In this document: one piece after another, positions 13,500 through 24,045 of the stretch
Numbering within the stretch: the first letter of the stretch is position 1
Layout: each line of letters starts with the position of its first letter
Source of the DNA: Takakia lepidozioides
Taxonomy: Eukaryota; Plantae; Bryophyta
Assembly: GCA_030704615.1 (NCBI GenBank)
Contig: CM060733.1
Location: forward strand, 31,310,001-31,374,000
Reading direction: 5' to 3'
Length of the DNA: 64,000 bases
Notes under the pieces: generated by a model
What the model was told of the DNA's origin: nothing
What the model saw: the letters and a program-made list of their open reading frames with translations, nothing else
Databases searched by the model: none
Position numbers and translations under genes: made by a program

Positions 13500-15485
13500 C
13501 AAGGATGGCTGCCTTCCACCTGCCTCCGAACCTGCACTGCCTGTTTGGCCTCACGCCTCATAATAATTCTCTGCTCATTCCCGTATGTCAATTGCTCTAA
13601 CCGAGTAGGCCTATCCTCCCTCTTGATGGCTTCTTTGGCAGCCGTGTCTGCATAGGCTGGTAGAAAAAAGGGCTTCTGGGGACTCGCAAGAAACGATTTT
13701 CTGGCAAAGAATGGCCGATGCGATTCTGTCTCCTCCTCTGCAACAGGGTCCAATTCGGGCAAGTCTCCCAGCTTCTCCTCGTCGGACGACTCTGCAAGGC
13801 TGAGTGTACGCACAAACATAGAATGAAGTACATTAGAGAATTCAAACAGGGAATCATCGGCAGGTTGCATGGTCCCTACAACCAAAACCAATACACTTAC
13901 TATGGTGCAACTCACTCAAAGACAGGCATTGGGGGAAGCGGCTTCGGGCGCCCCTGCATCGAACGAATTTCCCAGACTTCCTCCTCTTCATCTTCCTCCT
14001 CTCCTTCCACGTCCTCTTCTGCGTTTTTGGGATCCTCAGTCGGAGGCAGACGCTGAAGGCCCGCCAAATTGTAATCGTACAAGGCCGTATCCCCCTCAAA
14101 TGAGAACACAAATCGGTTCGACATCCTTCCCGCCCACATACAGGCACCTGCAAATTCATACAACACAACCACAGCCAAACTCAAGAATGAGTCGCTTCCT
14201 CGCACAAGCAAACATACAGAAACGGAAATGGTGTCAATTTTGGTGCCGCATTCAATTAACGTTCTCACCTGTATTTGCAGTGACGTCAAGGACCCTGCCT
14301 TCAACATCCGTACACGTTTCCATGAGCGTCTGGATGAATGCAGGACTCCTGGTCCTGCCATACCTCCATGGCTTGCCCGACAAATCACAAAGAATGTCCT
14401 TCTCTCCCACATGGTTGAACATGACGTTATACTCCAGTGGATCAACTGTGGAATCAACAAGTCTTCCTGCTTCACGTAATTTGAATTTCGAATGTTCCTT
14501 CACGAAGCAAAATGCCTGAAAGATAAGAGTCTGCAAAGAAGGAAATGAAAACGTCAGAGGTGGCCTACACGTATAGGGGCAATTTCGGCGCAAAAATTGA
14601 CATAGCAGAGGAGAACCACAGCATACCTTCTGGCCATCGTTGAGAAGACCCTGCGTGTTGATGCAAGTCCAGATCTTTTTCAGGATGGGTGCTGCACTTC
14701 TCCCCGTCCATACTTTGATATCATTCTCAGTGACTTCTCCATCGGCTGCTAGCACAACAACACAGCCAACGTCGTCCAACATGTTGGCTGCAAACCCGAA
14801 TGTGTGGCTCCAGTATCTTTCGTCGTACTTGTTCCACCAGGGAACTGAGCCCTGCCCCAGTATCTCCTGCCCATCCGGGATATCCACAAGGATCATGTCG
14901 ATGGAGGCTTTCACCGCCCTGCCCCCGACTGTGCTCTTTTTGCCGTGGCTCATCGCCACAAAATACTCCATCATCTTTGTGTAGCCAGGAGTGTCCTCCA
15001 TATCATTGCCAGTGGCCTTCCTCTTCCCCTTCCCCTGGTGGGCCTCGATCGCCTTCCTCAATCTCGTTATCTCCAGCCTTCTGGTCAGAGCAGTTAGGAA
15101 ATTTTCATTAACACACTCCACAATTGTGGGTGTTTTGAGGACTTCCCTGCCCGCAATGTGCACCGCACGGTAGGGTCTGCCAGGTGCATCCTCGTATAGT
15201 GATCTCTTCGCAGCCGACCCCCCGAGCGCTGGCCCTTGTGAATTTTCGGACGAGGTGTGGCCCCCTGGGTGTTTTCCTGCTGGAAATCGTCGTCGGAATC
15301 CTCCTCATCTGGCTGACTGTGTTGCTGCTTCTTCTTCTTGGGTGTGGGGGTCTTCGTCTCTTGCCCCTATTTGCGTGTTCTTTTCTTCATGTCCTTGGGC
15401 TGCTCAGCTGCCTGCTTCTCCATCTGCTCCTTCGCCAATGCTGCCGCCTTGGCTGACTTTCTCAGTGCTTTCTGCTTGGCTGCCT
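13500..15485 (-). pseudogene. Second copy of the amino-MTase-like gene (3' exons only; 5' part lost at the element D insertion)
   Basis: SIDMILVDIPDGQ...NMLDDVGCVVVL; TLIFQAFCFVK...KPWRYGRTRSPAFIQTLMETCTDVEGRVLDVTANTG|ACMWAGRMSNRFVFSFE; later HRPFFARKSFLASP. The intron positions match U1. Confidence 0.75.
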
Positions 15486-17111
15486 TGTAGTGTGAATGCA
15501 GGGGAGTAACAGTGAAATTTTTGTTTGGCATCAGGATTCGGCATTACTACAAAGGGAGAGCCCTGGTGCTAATAATAAGGAGGGAAGTATCCATGCCTAC
15601 AGTTAAATCCATGGGCACAATATGCTATTGCGCTGCCAGGACAAAATGTGGCTAAGTCATGAAATGCGCCTTTTTCATCCATAGGATGAATGGCTTTCAT
15701 CGCTGTGATTACCATAGAAACACGGGTCGAGGAAGCTTAGGGCTTGCTGGAGGATAATCGTGCAGGGAACAACTAGGTAATTTTGCTCAAGCCAGGTGAA
15801 GGGAGGCGGTGTAGTAATCGTTTCATAGTTTTGAAAAGAGGGAGTGCTGCAGGACGATTCATGAAGGGCAAGTAATATCATGTGCTACTGACAGAAGTAA
15901 TGAAGGCATTGAGGCGGTGCTGCCTGTGATTTGACCTCTGAAGATGTAGGAGTTGCGGGGAAAGCAGCTCGGTGGAGGGGCGGCAGTGCCGTCGTTACTC
16001 TCATGACCACGATGACAGGGAGGATGAACTTGCAAGGGAAACGGCCTGCTGACAGGGAATAGAAAGGTGGGGTTGCTGGCACAATCAAAGGCTAGTTAAA
16101 GTGATGGTGCAGCTCCATCACGACGAGCATCTGCCAGAGGTAGGGAGTGCAAACTGATACTGCCGCCATTGCATTCATGTGCGATTATTGAAAGCTGCAC
16201 TTGTGGGAGAAGCAATTGCTGCCAGATGACGGGCAACGATGGGATTACTGACTTGACCACATGTTGATTGATGCAATCGCCAGCATGAGGGCGTTGGCTT
16301 GTGGACAGTGGTACAGGTTATCTGTAAATAAGGAGGCAAGGGAGTGAAATGTATAGAGCAAGAAGCTTTCAGATGATGACTGTCTGCTTGTTATCATATC
16401 AGATCGTAGGATAGATTAGCAGAGATGGTAGGATAGGGTAGTTAGTTGGCAAGCGACAAGGTTACTGCCATAGGTTGAAACAGAGCCGTCATGACTCACT
16501 GAATGCTTGAATCGACGAATATCTGAAAGGTGGAGTGGCATAGCGATGACAGGATCTGACATACATAGATCTTTGTTTTTACAAACGTGGCATTCAGACG
16601 ACAAGAGGAGTTAGGGAGCTGCTGACAGAGATGGTGAGGTGCCATTTCGGGCAGGCAATCCCACCGCTTCAGCTGGAGTATAAGACAACTAAGTTAATAG
16701 AGACTAGGGGGGTTTTTTTTTTTTAACTTAGATAGATGTCGCTGAAATGATTGAAGGCTCTGGAGTTAGTAGAGAGAGTATGAGAACGTTTTGAAAAATG
16801 GAATGGAGTGGTGGCTTGGGCTTCAAACCATAATGGTGTAGAGAGGATGAGAGATGATGCATGTCTTTGGGGAATGGTGATAGAAGGCAGATGCAGCCAT
16901 CTACAATCAATGCATATATAGTGTTTGTCCTGCTTTTGATTTTATGATTCAGCACACTGAATTTGGAGCAAACTGTGCATCAATGCTTAGAGTTAAACAA
17001 GTCTGCAAAATGAACAGTATAGGGAGATTCACCAAGGGAATCTGTGCACTTGCTACAGGGTAGAAATGAGGGACGGGGTCTGTAACTGTCAGCATTAGGG
17101 TATGAGAATGA

Positions 17112-17470
17112 GGAGAGATTCTGTTTGGGAGGAGAGAAAAGCTAAGAGATAAGGTGGTGTGTACTTATGATTCCAAGGAGGATTTTTGCGAAAGGTCTCC
17201 ACTGGATGTGTGCCTTGGTATATTTGCATTGCATGAAGAAGGGTTGTCTGGTCTAATATGGGCACTTGCATCAGAAAGGGAGAAAACATTGGGAAGAAGA
17301 GAGATTCTGTTTGGGAGGAGAGAAAAGCTTATAATTCCAAGGAGGATTTTTGCGAAAGGTCTCCACTGGATGTGTGCCTTGGTATATTTGCATTGCATGA
17401 AGAGGGGTTGTCTGGTCTAATATGGGCACTTGCATCAGAAAGGGAGAAAACATTGGGAAGAAGAGAGATC
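17112..17470. repeat. ~164-bp tandem duplication in the 5' LTR of element D
   Basis: ATTCCAAGGAGGATTTTTGCGAAAGG...CATTGGGAAGAAGAGAGAT occurs at ~17170 and ~17334. Confidence 0.9.
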
Positions 17471-17939
17471 TGTTCAGCAAAAGAATGATGAAGGGAGGGC
17501 CAGTTGAGAGATAAAGGAAAGACCATGAGTTGCATAGAAATAGCAGACCTGCACTGTATGGTAGATCCATGTTACCTTGCATTTTCGGTGATTGCATGAG
17601 AACAAAGGGGGTTCAAGTAGATGCTACATGCAAATGGTGAACTCATAGGCTGTCATTAACCCTCCGGTAAGCTGTTTTGAGTGACTGTATCAGCATGAAA
17701 ACTAAGCATGGTGCAAGACAGAACCCTAGTCAGGCCTGTTGCACTATGCAGGGAACACCTTCACTTGTCCCATCCATGTCTTCTCTTCCGCTGCGGCGTG
17801 GATGAGGGCTTTATGAACTCTGATCATAAACAGCATGGATGTAGCCAACCATGAGAGAGGGAGAACCAGAATACCAACAAGACCGTGCACTAAGAAGTAG
17901 ATTAGAATTAGGCAGAAGGGGATATATGCCCCCTTCTTT

Positions 17940-17951
17940 TGGTATCAGAGC
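17940..17951 (+). promoter_or_regulatory. Primer binding site (initiator tRNA-Met)
   Basis: TGGTATCAGAGC, the canonical plant iMet PBS. Confidence 0.9.
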
Positions 17952-18016
17952 AGGCCGGTCTTTGATCCGGGAAATGTAGGATTTAGTGCAGCAAGATAGG
18001 GGAGTGATTGCGAGCA

Positions 18017-20638
18017 ATGGTGACTAACATTCCATTTTACGGGAAGGAGGATGAGGATGTTTACAGCTGGATCCAGATTCTGAAAGGGGATGGTGAGAGA
18101 CGGAGCTTTGATGAGCACAAGTTATTTATATCGGCAAAGCTGAATCTCAAAGCACGGGCTGACACTTGGCATCGAATGCAAAAACCAAGGCCCATGAACT
18201 GGCATGATTTTCAAGTAGCCATAATCTTGAAATTTGGAGGAGAAGATCAATCAAGTAAGAATGAAGTGATGTTAGCAAGCAAGTTTGATGAGATAGATAC
18301 CAATGTGGAAGAGTCTGTTACAGGGATGGAAGAGAAATTGTCTCTGATTGAGAAGGATAAGCACAACAGGTTCACACCTATGAGTTCTATTGATCATAAA
18401 CCTATACCAGATCACAAAACCATGTCACGGAGGTGCTTTAGGAAGAAGAACCACACCAGCGAAGTCCCTGCAATGCTTCCTCGAGTTCTCAACTTGAACA
18501 ACACAAGGCAGCAAGTAGAGTGTTGCACTGCATGTCCATCAAGACAGAATCAGATCCGAAGTGAAAAGAATCACCGGCTGGGGCTGCAAAGGGGAACATG
18601 TGGAATGCAAGATTCAGGCTGTGAAATGTTGGAACAATGGGAGTCGAGGAGCAGCAGAAGGATGGAATTCGAATGTGTAAGCTCTCTTGGCACAAACGTT
18701 GTGAATGTGTTTTGTGATGTGGAAGAAGAGATCTTGGAAGATATCTTTTGTTCAACAGAGAGTCAATCAGGTGTCAATGAAGAGTGTGCACCTAGATTGC
18801 AAGTTCCTGTGCAGATCCTAAGGTCTTCTACAAAGGCACATGTAGATCAAGACATGCTTGGGGAGTGTGGGCATAGTGTTGCCAACTCACCAAGGATTAG
18901 TGGTACAACCTGTGGAGTGAGTGTCATGAGAAAGGAAGATGTCAAGGAGTCTTGGAAAGATCTGATGGAATGGGTGGAGGAAGAGTATGGGCAGAGCGTC
19001 ACCAACTCGCCAAGGATTGGTGGTACAACTTGTGGAGTGAGTGGCATGGGAGAGAAAGATGACAAGGAGTCTTGGGCAGATCTGATGGGATGGGAAGAGT
19101 GTACATTGCTTGCTCAAACGAGCAAAGGTCTGGATCAAGATGCACACCTGGATCAAGACATACTTGAGGAGTCTGGGTATAGCACCACCAACTCCCCAAG
19201 CAATAGTGGTACAACCAGTGAAGTGAGTGTCTTGAGAAACGAAGATGACAAGGAGTCTTGGGCAGATCTGATGGAATGGGTGGAGGAAGAGTATGGGCAG
19301 AGCGTCACCAACTCGCCAAGGATTGGTGGTACAACCTGTGAAGTGAGTGTCTTGAGAGACGAAGATGACAAGGAGTCTTGGGCAGATCTGATGGGATGGG
19401 TAGAGGAAGAGTGTACATTGCTTGCTCAAACGAGAAAGGGTCTGGATCAAGATGCACACCTGGATCAAGACATACTTGGGGAGCTAAGAGAAGTTGCATC
19501 TCGATTAAGAACAGACTTGGTAGAGGAGGAATTAAAAGTGAAAGATGCACGAGATGACGTTGTAGCTGCCCTAGCCCTACAGAGAGAAACTGAAGTCCAG
19601 ATGGAGAACCTAGTCATGGAAAATCAACAGTTACGGTCTGCCCTCGAGAAAGCTGACCGAAAACTGAGTGGGGCCAAAGAAGAGTGCATGGATGAGCTCC
19701 GTGGTGATAACAAGCATCTTCAGGCAGAGCTGCAATGGCTCCAACTACTTTTGGAGTTAAGTACGTCATCAATCAATGACGTGTTCATAGGGACACCAGG
19801 TACCCTAGTTCAGGACAAAGAAAAGGAAATTGAAGCTTCTTTGGATGATGGACCATTGACAAATGTTGGGAGAGATGAAGGGAACATGAAGTATCAAGTG
19901 TTGGAGGATTCATGCAAGGGAGAGACCCTACAGATTGGAGAAGAAATCGGTCTAAGAGGAAGGAGCTTACAGCTAACTCCAGTGATGGAAGAAGTGGTGA
20001 AGAGGAGAGAGTCTAGCCTGGAAGATCGAGACCTGACAACACTTAAGCTTGCACATGATAACATGAAGAGTGGAGGAGATCAGGACCTGCCTGGTATGAA
20101 CTACAAGAAGAGGAAGAAGGCATTGGCACAAATTGGATTTGCTCTGGCCGGCGGAAAAGATGGACAGCCGGGACGCGGTCACTTAAACAGGAGAGGCTGG
20201 ACGACTATGCAAGCTCAGGGATGGAGCACGAAAATTATGGCCAAGGATGAAGGCCATGAAATTGGCATGATAAGCTACATGGAAACCAGGTGGTGGTGTC
20301 AGTTTGAGGACAACACTGCTTGCACCAGCCAGACAGAAGTGGCCTTGAAGATTATGAGCAGAGAGGGGCTTTCTTTTGCTGAAGGCCAAGGCAAGACAAT
20401 CAGAAACAATATCACAGACGGACCTCTCCAAGATAGCTGGAGCAGAAACAGAAAGGGAATCAACACAATGTACCTGTCGGGAGTACCTTATGATCCTGGA
20501 AGGGAAGCTGGCCGATGGTGCAGGCTGAAAGATAAAGCAGGCAGGGAATGGGTAAGAAGTAGGCACGACTTGAAACCTTTCATATCACCAGTAGGTGTTC
20601 AGCTGGTGAAGGTGGTCAGTGAGGACCCTGACACTTAA
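18017..20638 (+). CDS. Gag-like protein with internal acidic repeats and a coiled coil; no pol motifs
   Basis: The N-terminus FYGKEDEDVYSWI...AKLNLKARADTW...WHDFQVAIILKF is a Ty3 gag capsid pattern. ESWADLMEWVEEE.../NSPRIGGTTC repeats occur about four times. The ORF is open for ~873 codons. Confidence 0.7.
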   Translation: MVTNIPFYGKEDEDVYSWIQILKGDGERRSFDEHKLFISAKLNLKARADTWHRMQKPRPMNWHDFQVAIILKFGGEDQSSKNEVMLASKFDEIDTNVEESVTGMEEKLSLIEKDKHNRFTPMSSIDHKPIPDHKTMSRRCFRKKNHTSEVPAMLPRVLNLNNTRQQVECCTACPSRQNQIRSEKNHRLGLQRGTCGMQDSGCEMLEQWESRSSRRMEFECVSSLGTNVVNVFCDVEEEILEDIFCSTESQSGVNEECAPRLQVPVQILRSSTKAHVDQDMLGECGHSVANSPRISGTTCGVSVMRKEDVKESWKDLMEWVEEEYGQSVTNSPRIGGTTCGVSGMGEKDDKESWADLMGWEECTLLAQTSKGLDQDAHLDQDILEESGYSTTNSPSNSGTTSEVSVLRNEDDKESWADLMEWVEEEYGQSVTNSPRIGGTTCEVSVLRDEDDKESWADLMGWVEEECTLLAQTRKGLDQDAHLDQDILGELREVASRLRTDLVEEELKVKDARDDVVAALALQRETEVQMENLVMENQQLRSALEKADRKLSGAKEECMDELRGDNKHLQAELQWLQLLLELSTSSINDVFIGTPGTLVQDKEKEIEASLDDGPLTNVGRDEGNMKYQVLEDSCKGETLQIGEEIGLRGRSLQLTPVMEEVVKRRESSLEDRDLTTLKLAHDNMKSGGDQDLPGMNYKKRKKALAQIGFALAGGKDGQPGRGHLNRRGWTTMQAQGWSTKIMAKDEGHEIGMISYMETRWWCQFEDNTACTSQTEVALKIMSREGLSFAEGQGKTIRNNITDGPLQDSWSRNRKGINTMYLSGVPYDPGREAGRWCRLKDKAGREWVRSRHDLKPFISPVGVQLVKVVSEDPDT

Positions 20639-20658
20639 AAAGGGAGACACACTACATA

Positions 20659-20896
20659 TGTAGTGTGAATGCAGGGGAGTAACAGTGAAATTTTTGTTTG
20701 GCATCAGGATTCGGCATTACTACAAAGGGAGAGCCCTGGTGCTAATAACAAGGAGGGAAGTATCCATGCCTACAGTTAAATCCATGGGCACAATATGCTA
20801 TTGCGCTGCCAGGACAAAATGTGGCTAAGTCATGAAATGTGCCTTTTTCATCCATAGGATGAATGGCTTTCATCGCTGTGATTACCATAGAAACAC
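20659..20896 (+). repeat. Truncated 3' LTR of element D
   Basis: Direct repeat of 15486-15723 with only a few mismatches. Confidence 0.9.
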
Positions 20897-20961
20897 TTTC
20901 GGAGATCCTATAGATACAGTGACATGGAGAGGTTTTTTATTTAGATGAGGACTCAAGATCT

Positions 20962-21865
20962 CTAGGAGGCTGGTTTGGTGGAGCTCTCTGGTGGGGAGTA
21001 TGCTTCAGCCACGGTGATGCCAGACGCCCTCGAGTAGTCCGCCCGAGGAGGGAACTCAAAGAAGATATTACCGTCGACGTCGGCGGGAAGGCATGTAACC
21101 GATTTAATTGCGAACTTGCTATAGTCCAGCCCAGCCAGCTCCAACCGGTGTCCCTCCAGGTGAAGCCCTCGCAGAATTTCAAGAATAGATCGAACTGCGG
21201 TGCTCGTGCTGGGAATATGACTCCCTCCTCCACTGACGTCCATTGAGGACTTGCCTGATCTCCAGGACGACCTCGGAACTTCCATGACCTCGTCTGAGTC
21301 GGACAGGTTGTGAACAACCCGGTTCTTGCTCGTCTTCATGGATGGGTTCGGCTCTGGATTTACTTCGTTGCGGACTTCTCTCTTTGAGGTAGCCACTCTC
21401 TGATTCGTGGATTGTTTCGTGGAAGGCGCCAGGATAGAAGGTGCATTTGGCGGGCAAATGAAGTCCCCAACAGCCCTGTATATGACGTTGTCCGATGGTG
21501 GAACTCGCCATTCCCTGCCATCCCCGAAATCATCGTGGAGCACAACAATACTCTCGACAACAAGGCCGTTTGAGTCCTTCCTTTCCTAATCCAAAAAAAC
21601 CGACCCCGGTTTCAGGTGGTATCGAAAGCACAGATATTTCTCCATCGCCCGGCAGATGTCCCCTCTGCACGGAAATGAAGCTCTATGCTCGTGAGGAGGG
21701 CAGTACACTGTAGCGCTCGGGTTTTCCGCCATGGGAGATGTGCACACAAGACTGCCAAGATGGCGTGCGGGGAAGCTCCCTGGTAGAAGGGGGATGCAGC
21801 GATGGGAAGGAATGCGGTGCCGATTTGTCCGAGCGACGAAGCCTGATCCAAATCCAGGGAGCCAA
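20962..21865 (-). pseudogene. 5' exons of a second gene of element U2, possibly a transposase or DNA-binding protein N-terminus
   Basis: A 193-aa ORF with DGREW...GDFICP and LDYSKFAIKSVTCLPADVDGNIFFEFPP, truncated downstream at the element D junction. The family assignment rests on recalled motif resemblance only. Confidence 0.35.
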
Positions 21866-22037
21866 CTATCTCAAAAATCCAGAGTCAAAGTGTTAATGAA
21901 CCTTGTCTCCGGAATGCGGCCCTTGGTCTTTGCTCAATAACTACCAACAGCATGCAGTCAGAAAGTGGGGGGCTGTCCGGATGATGTCGGCTGAAGAGGA
22001 GAAGCCGGCACTGTGCCGTCACATTACTACCCCCGAA

Positions 22038-22417
22038 TGGAAATTCGGCACCCAATACCCAACAGGGGCCGCACGGATGAAGTCGTCTGGGGCAGAGATG
22101 CCGGCACCTGTCCGACAGAAAACATCCCCCGGATGGAAATTCAGCGCCGAATTTCCATTCGGATCCACCCAAAGGAAGTCCTGTCGGGGGGTCAGGCCGA
22201 AAACTGGCCGACCTAAAAACCTCCGCGGATGGAAAAACGGTGCCGAATTTCCATCCGAGGCCTTTCGGATGCAGTCGGCTCGGGGGAAAGGCCGCCATCT
22301 GGCCCTCACATTACAACCCCCGGACGGAAATTCGGCACCGAATATACCCCGGATGAAGTCGCATCGGGCGCAGAGGTCGGCGCGTGTGCGACAGAGAACA
22401 TCCCCTGGATGGACATT
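22038..22417. repeat. Cluster of GGAAATTCGGC(A/G)CCGAA-type semi-palindromic repeats
   Basis: GGAAATTCGGCACC (~22039), GGAAATTCAGCGCCGAATTTCC (~22135), GGAAAAACGGTGCCGAATTTCC (~22231), GGAAATTCGGCACCGAAT (~22326). Confidence 0.85.
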
Positions 22418-23436
22418 TGTTAGAGGACGGTAGGGGACTTAGACACTTATACGGGATCTGTAGGGTACCCTTAATTTTTGCACAGACTGAGACAAACAGG
22501 AACCTTAGGGGTGACAGCAGCGCACTGTAGAGGGGGGTTACATAGCCCACACAGCCGACACAGCAGTCACAGCCCACACAGCCAACACAGCCGTCACAGT
22601 CGTCACAACCCACACAGTCGTCACAGCCCACACAGCCCGTCACAGTCGTCACAGCCCACACAGCCCACACAGCCGTCACAGCCCACACAGCCCGTCACAG
22701 TCGTCACAGCCCACACAGCCCACACAGCCAGTCACAGCCCGGCACAGCCACACAGCCAGTCACAGCCCGACACAGCCAAACACAGCCAGTCACCGCTTGA
22801 CACAGCTGTCACGATAATAGGAACGAAGAGTAGGACAGGGAACGACTGTGGGGAACAACACCTGTGAAGGGAACATGTTAATTCACATACGACGGTTAGA
22901 GAGGGAAACGGTTAGAACCGCGGATAGGAGGATAAAGGGAAGAACGGGGAATGATGAAGGGAGGAGGATTATTATTATGGGAAGGAGGATTTCGGAGTGA
23001 GACGGGAGCGGAAGTCGGTGAGCACGATGAAGGAGGAAAGAGGATTAGTAGATGCTTGTTATATGCAAAGCTGTAGGGATATTTTAGAGGAGAATAGAGA
23101 CACAATGGCTTCGGCCTGATACCTGATAAATCATAATCTGATACTTATACGATACAATCATACTGTGTAGAGAGATATGAGTGAAGCTGTGGATTGAATG
23201 GAGGAGTGAAGGAAACCGATAAATTGATGAAGCAAACTGATACTTAATTATCAATGGTAAGGTAGCTAAGATGAATGCGGAAAAGGAAACAAATAGGAAA
23301 CACCCCCATGATACACTAGCTGTAGGTCATGACTGATTGTTCTGCGCGGGCTGAGTACTTAGAGATTTCCAACTCTTCTATCTTGGAGTTTCCACCTCGG
23401 ATAGCGAAGGGATGGGTGAGTAAAAGCCGCGCGACA
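22418..23436 (+). repeat. 5' LTR of element B, containing a CACAGCC-type minisatellite (22545-22810)
   Basis: Starts TGTTAG where the U2 repeat is cut and ends GCGACA just before the PBS. Confidence 0.7.
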
Positions 23437-23438
23437 TT

Positions 23439-23457
23439 TGGCGACCATACTGGGGAC
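23439..23457 (+). promoter_or_regulatory. Primer binding site of Tat/Ogre type (probably tRNA-Arg)
   Basis: TGGCGACCATACTGGGGAC resembles the TGGCGACTC..CTGGGGA PBS of Tat/Ogre elements. Confidence 0.7.
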
Positions 23458-23459
23458 CT

Positions 23460-24024
23460 GGGACATGAACAACCAGATGTGACAGGCATCTGGTGGGATC
23501 ATGGTGGTTGGACCATTAAAGAATTTGAAGTGAATCAAATTCCCTGTGGAACGAAGGAAGAAAGATTGTCCAAACAATTCTTTCAAAGGTTCTTGGAATT
23601 GCCAGACGGATGTAAAGAAAATATTCTTAAACGAGTGCATGATGCTGATCCAGAATGGGGTCTGGAGAAAGGAGTGATAAAGATTTATCAGGTAGCCTGT
23701 AGAGGAAGAACACGTTGGTTACCAACATTAGTTTATGTGATAGCGTTGCTATCCATTAAACGAGTAGAGTTTGAAGGCTGGGAAGAAAGAAAGGTGAATG
23801 TTTATACTCATATGCATGAAGAGCTTGTACTGGTAAAGAATTGGATTCCAAAGGATATTTTGTGGATCAAACTCACACCAAGAACAGCTTTTCAGACTTG
23901 TTTGCCATATGGTTATATGGTAACGGAGACTTCAAGTATAGCCAAGGGTGCATTGAAGCTTGAAAGAAATCCAGGCATATACGAGAGATATTACAGAAGA
24001 GAGTTTTGGTTATTGCCACATTAA
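23460..24024 (+). CDS. Extra ORF upstream of gag (function unknown)
   Basis: An open frame of about 190 codons between the PBS and the gag start, with protein-like composition. The start codon is uncertain. Confidence 0.5.
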
Positions 24025-24045
24025 AAGAAATGAAAGACATGGGAC

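Larger units (their letters stand above)
15486..20896 (+). mobile_element. Non-autonomous (gag-only) Ty3/gypsy-like LTR element D with a long 5' LTR and truncated 3' LTR
   Basis: 15486-15723 is near-identical to 20659-20896 (both start TGTAGTGTG). PBS TGGTATCAGAGC lies at 17940, followed by one long ORF and a purine tract AAAAAGGGAG at ~20637-20646. Confidence 0.8.
12752..22417 (-). mobile_element. Second, diverged copy (U2) of the same element type, inserted into U1; internally deleted and interrupted by LTR elements D and B
   Basis: Terminus GGAGGTTTACTATTTCATGAGC plus (C/T)ATGAGCC repeats at 12752-12825. Subterminal AATTTCGGCGCC-type motifs occur at 12920-13205 and 22038-22345. It carries paralogous MTase exons. 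Assigning the part beyond 20896 to U2 is an inference from the shared motif. Confidence 0.55.

Noticed and set aside
22311-22867. Cys-rich and His/Ser-rich ORFs
   Set aside because: They are translations of the CACAGCC minisatellite in an LTR.
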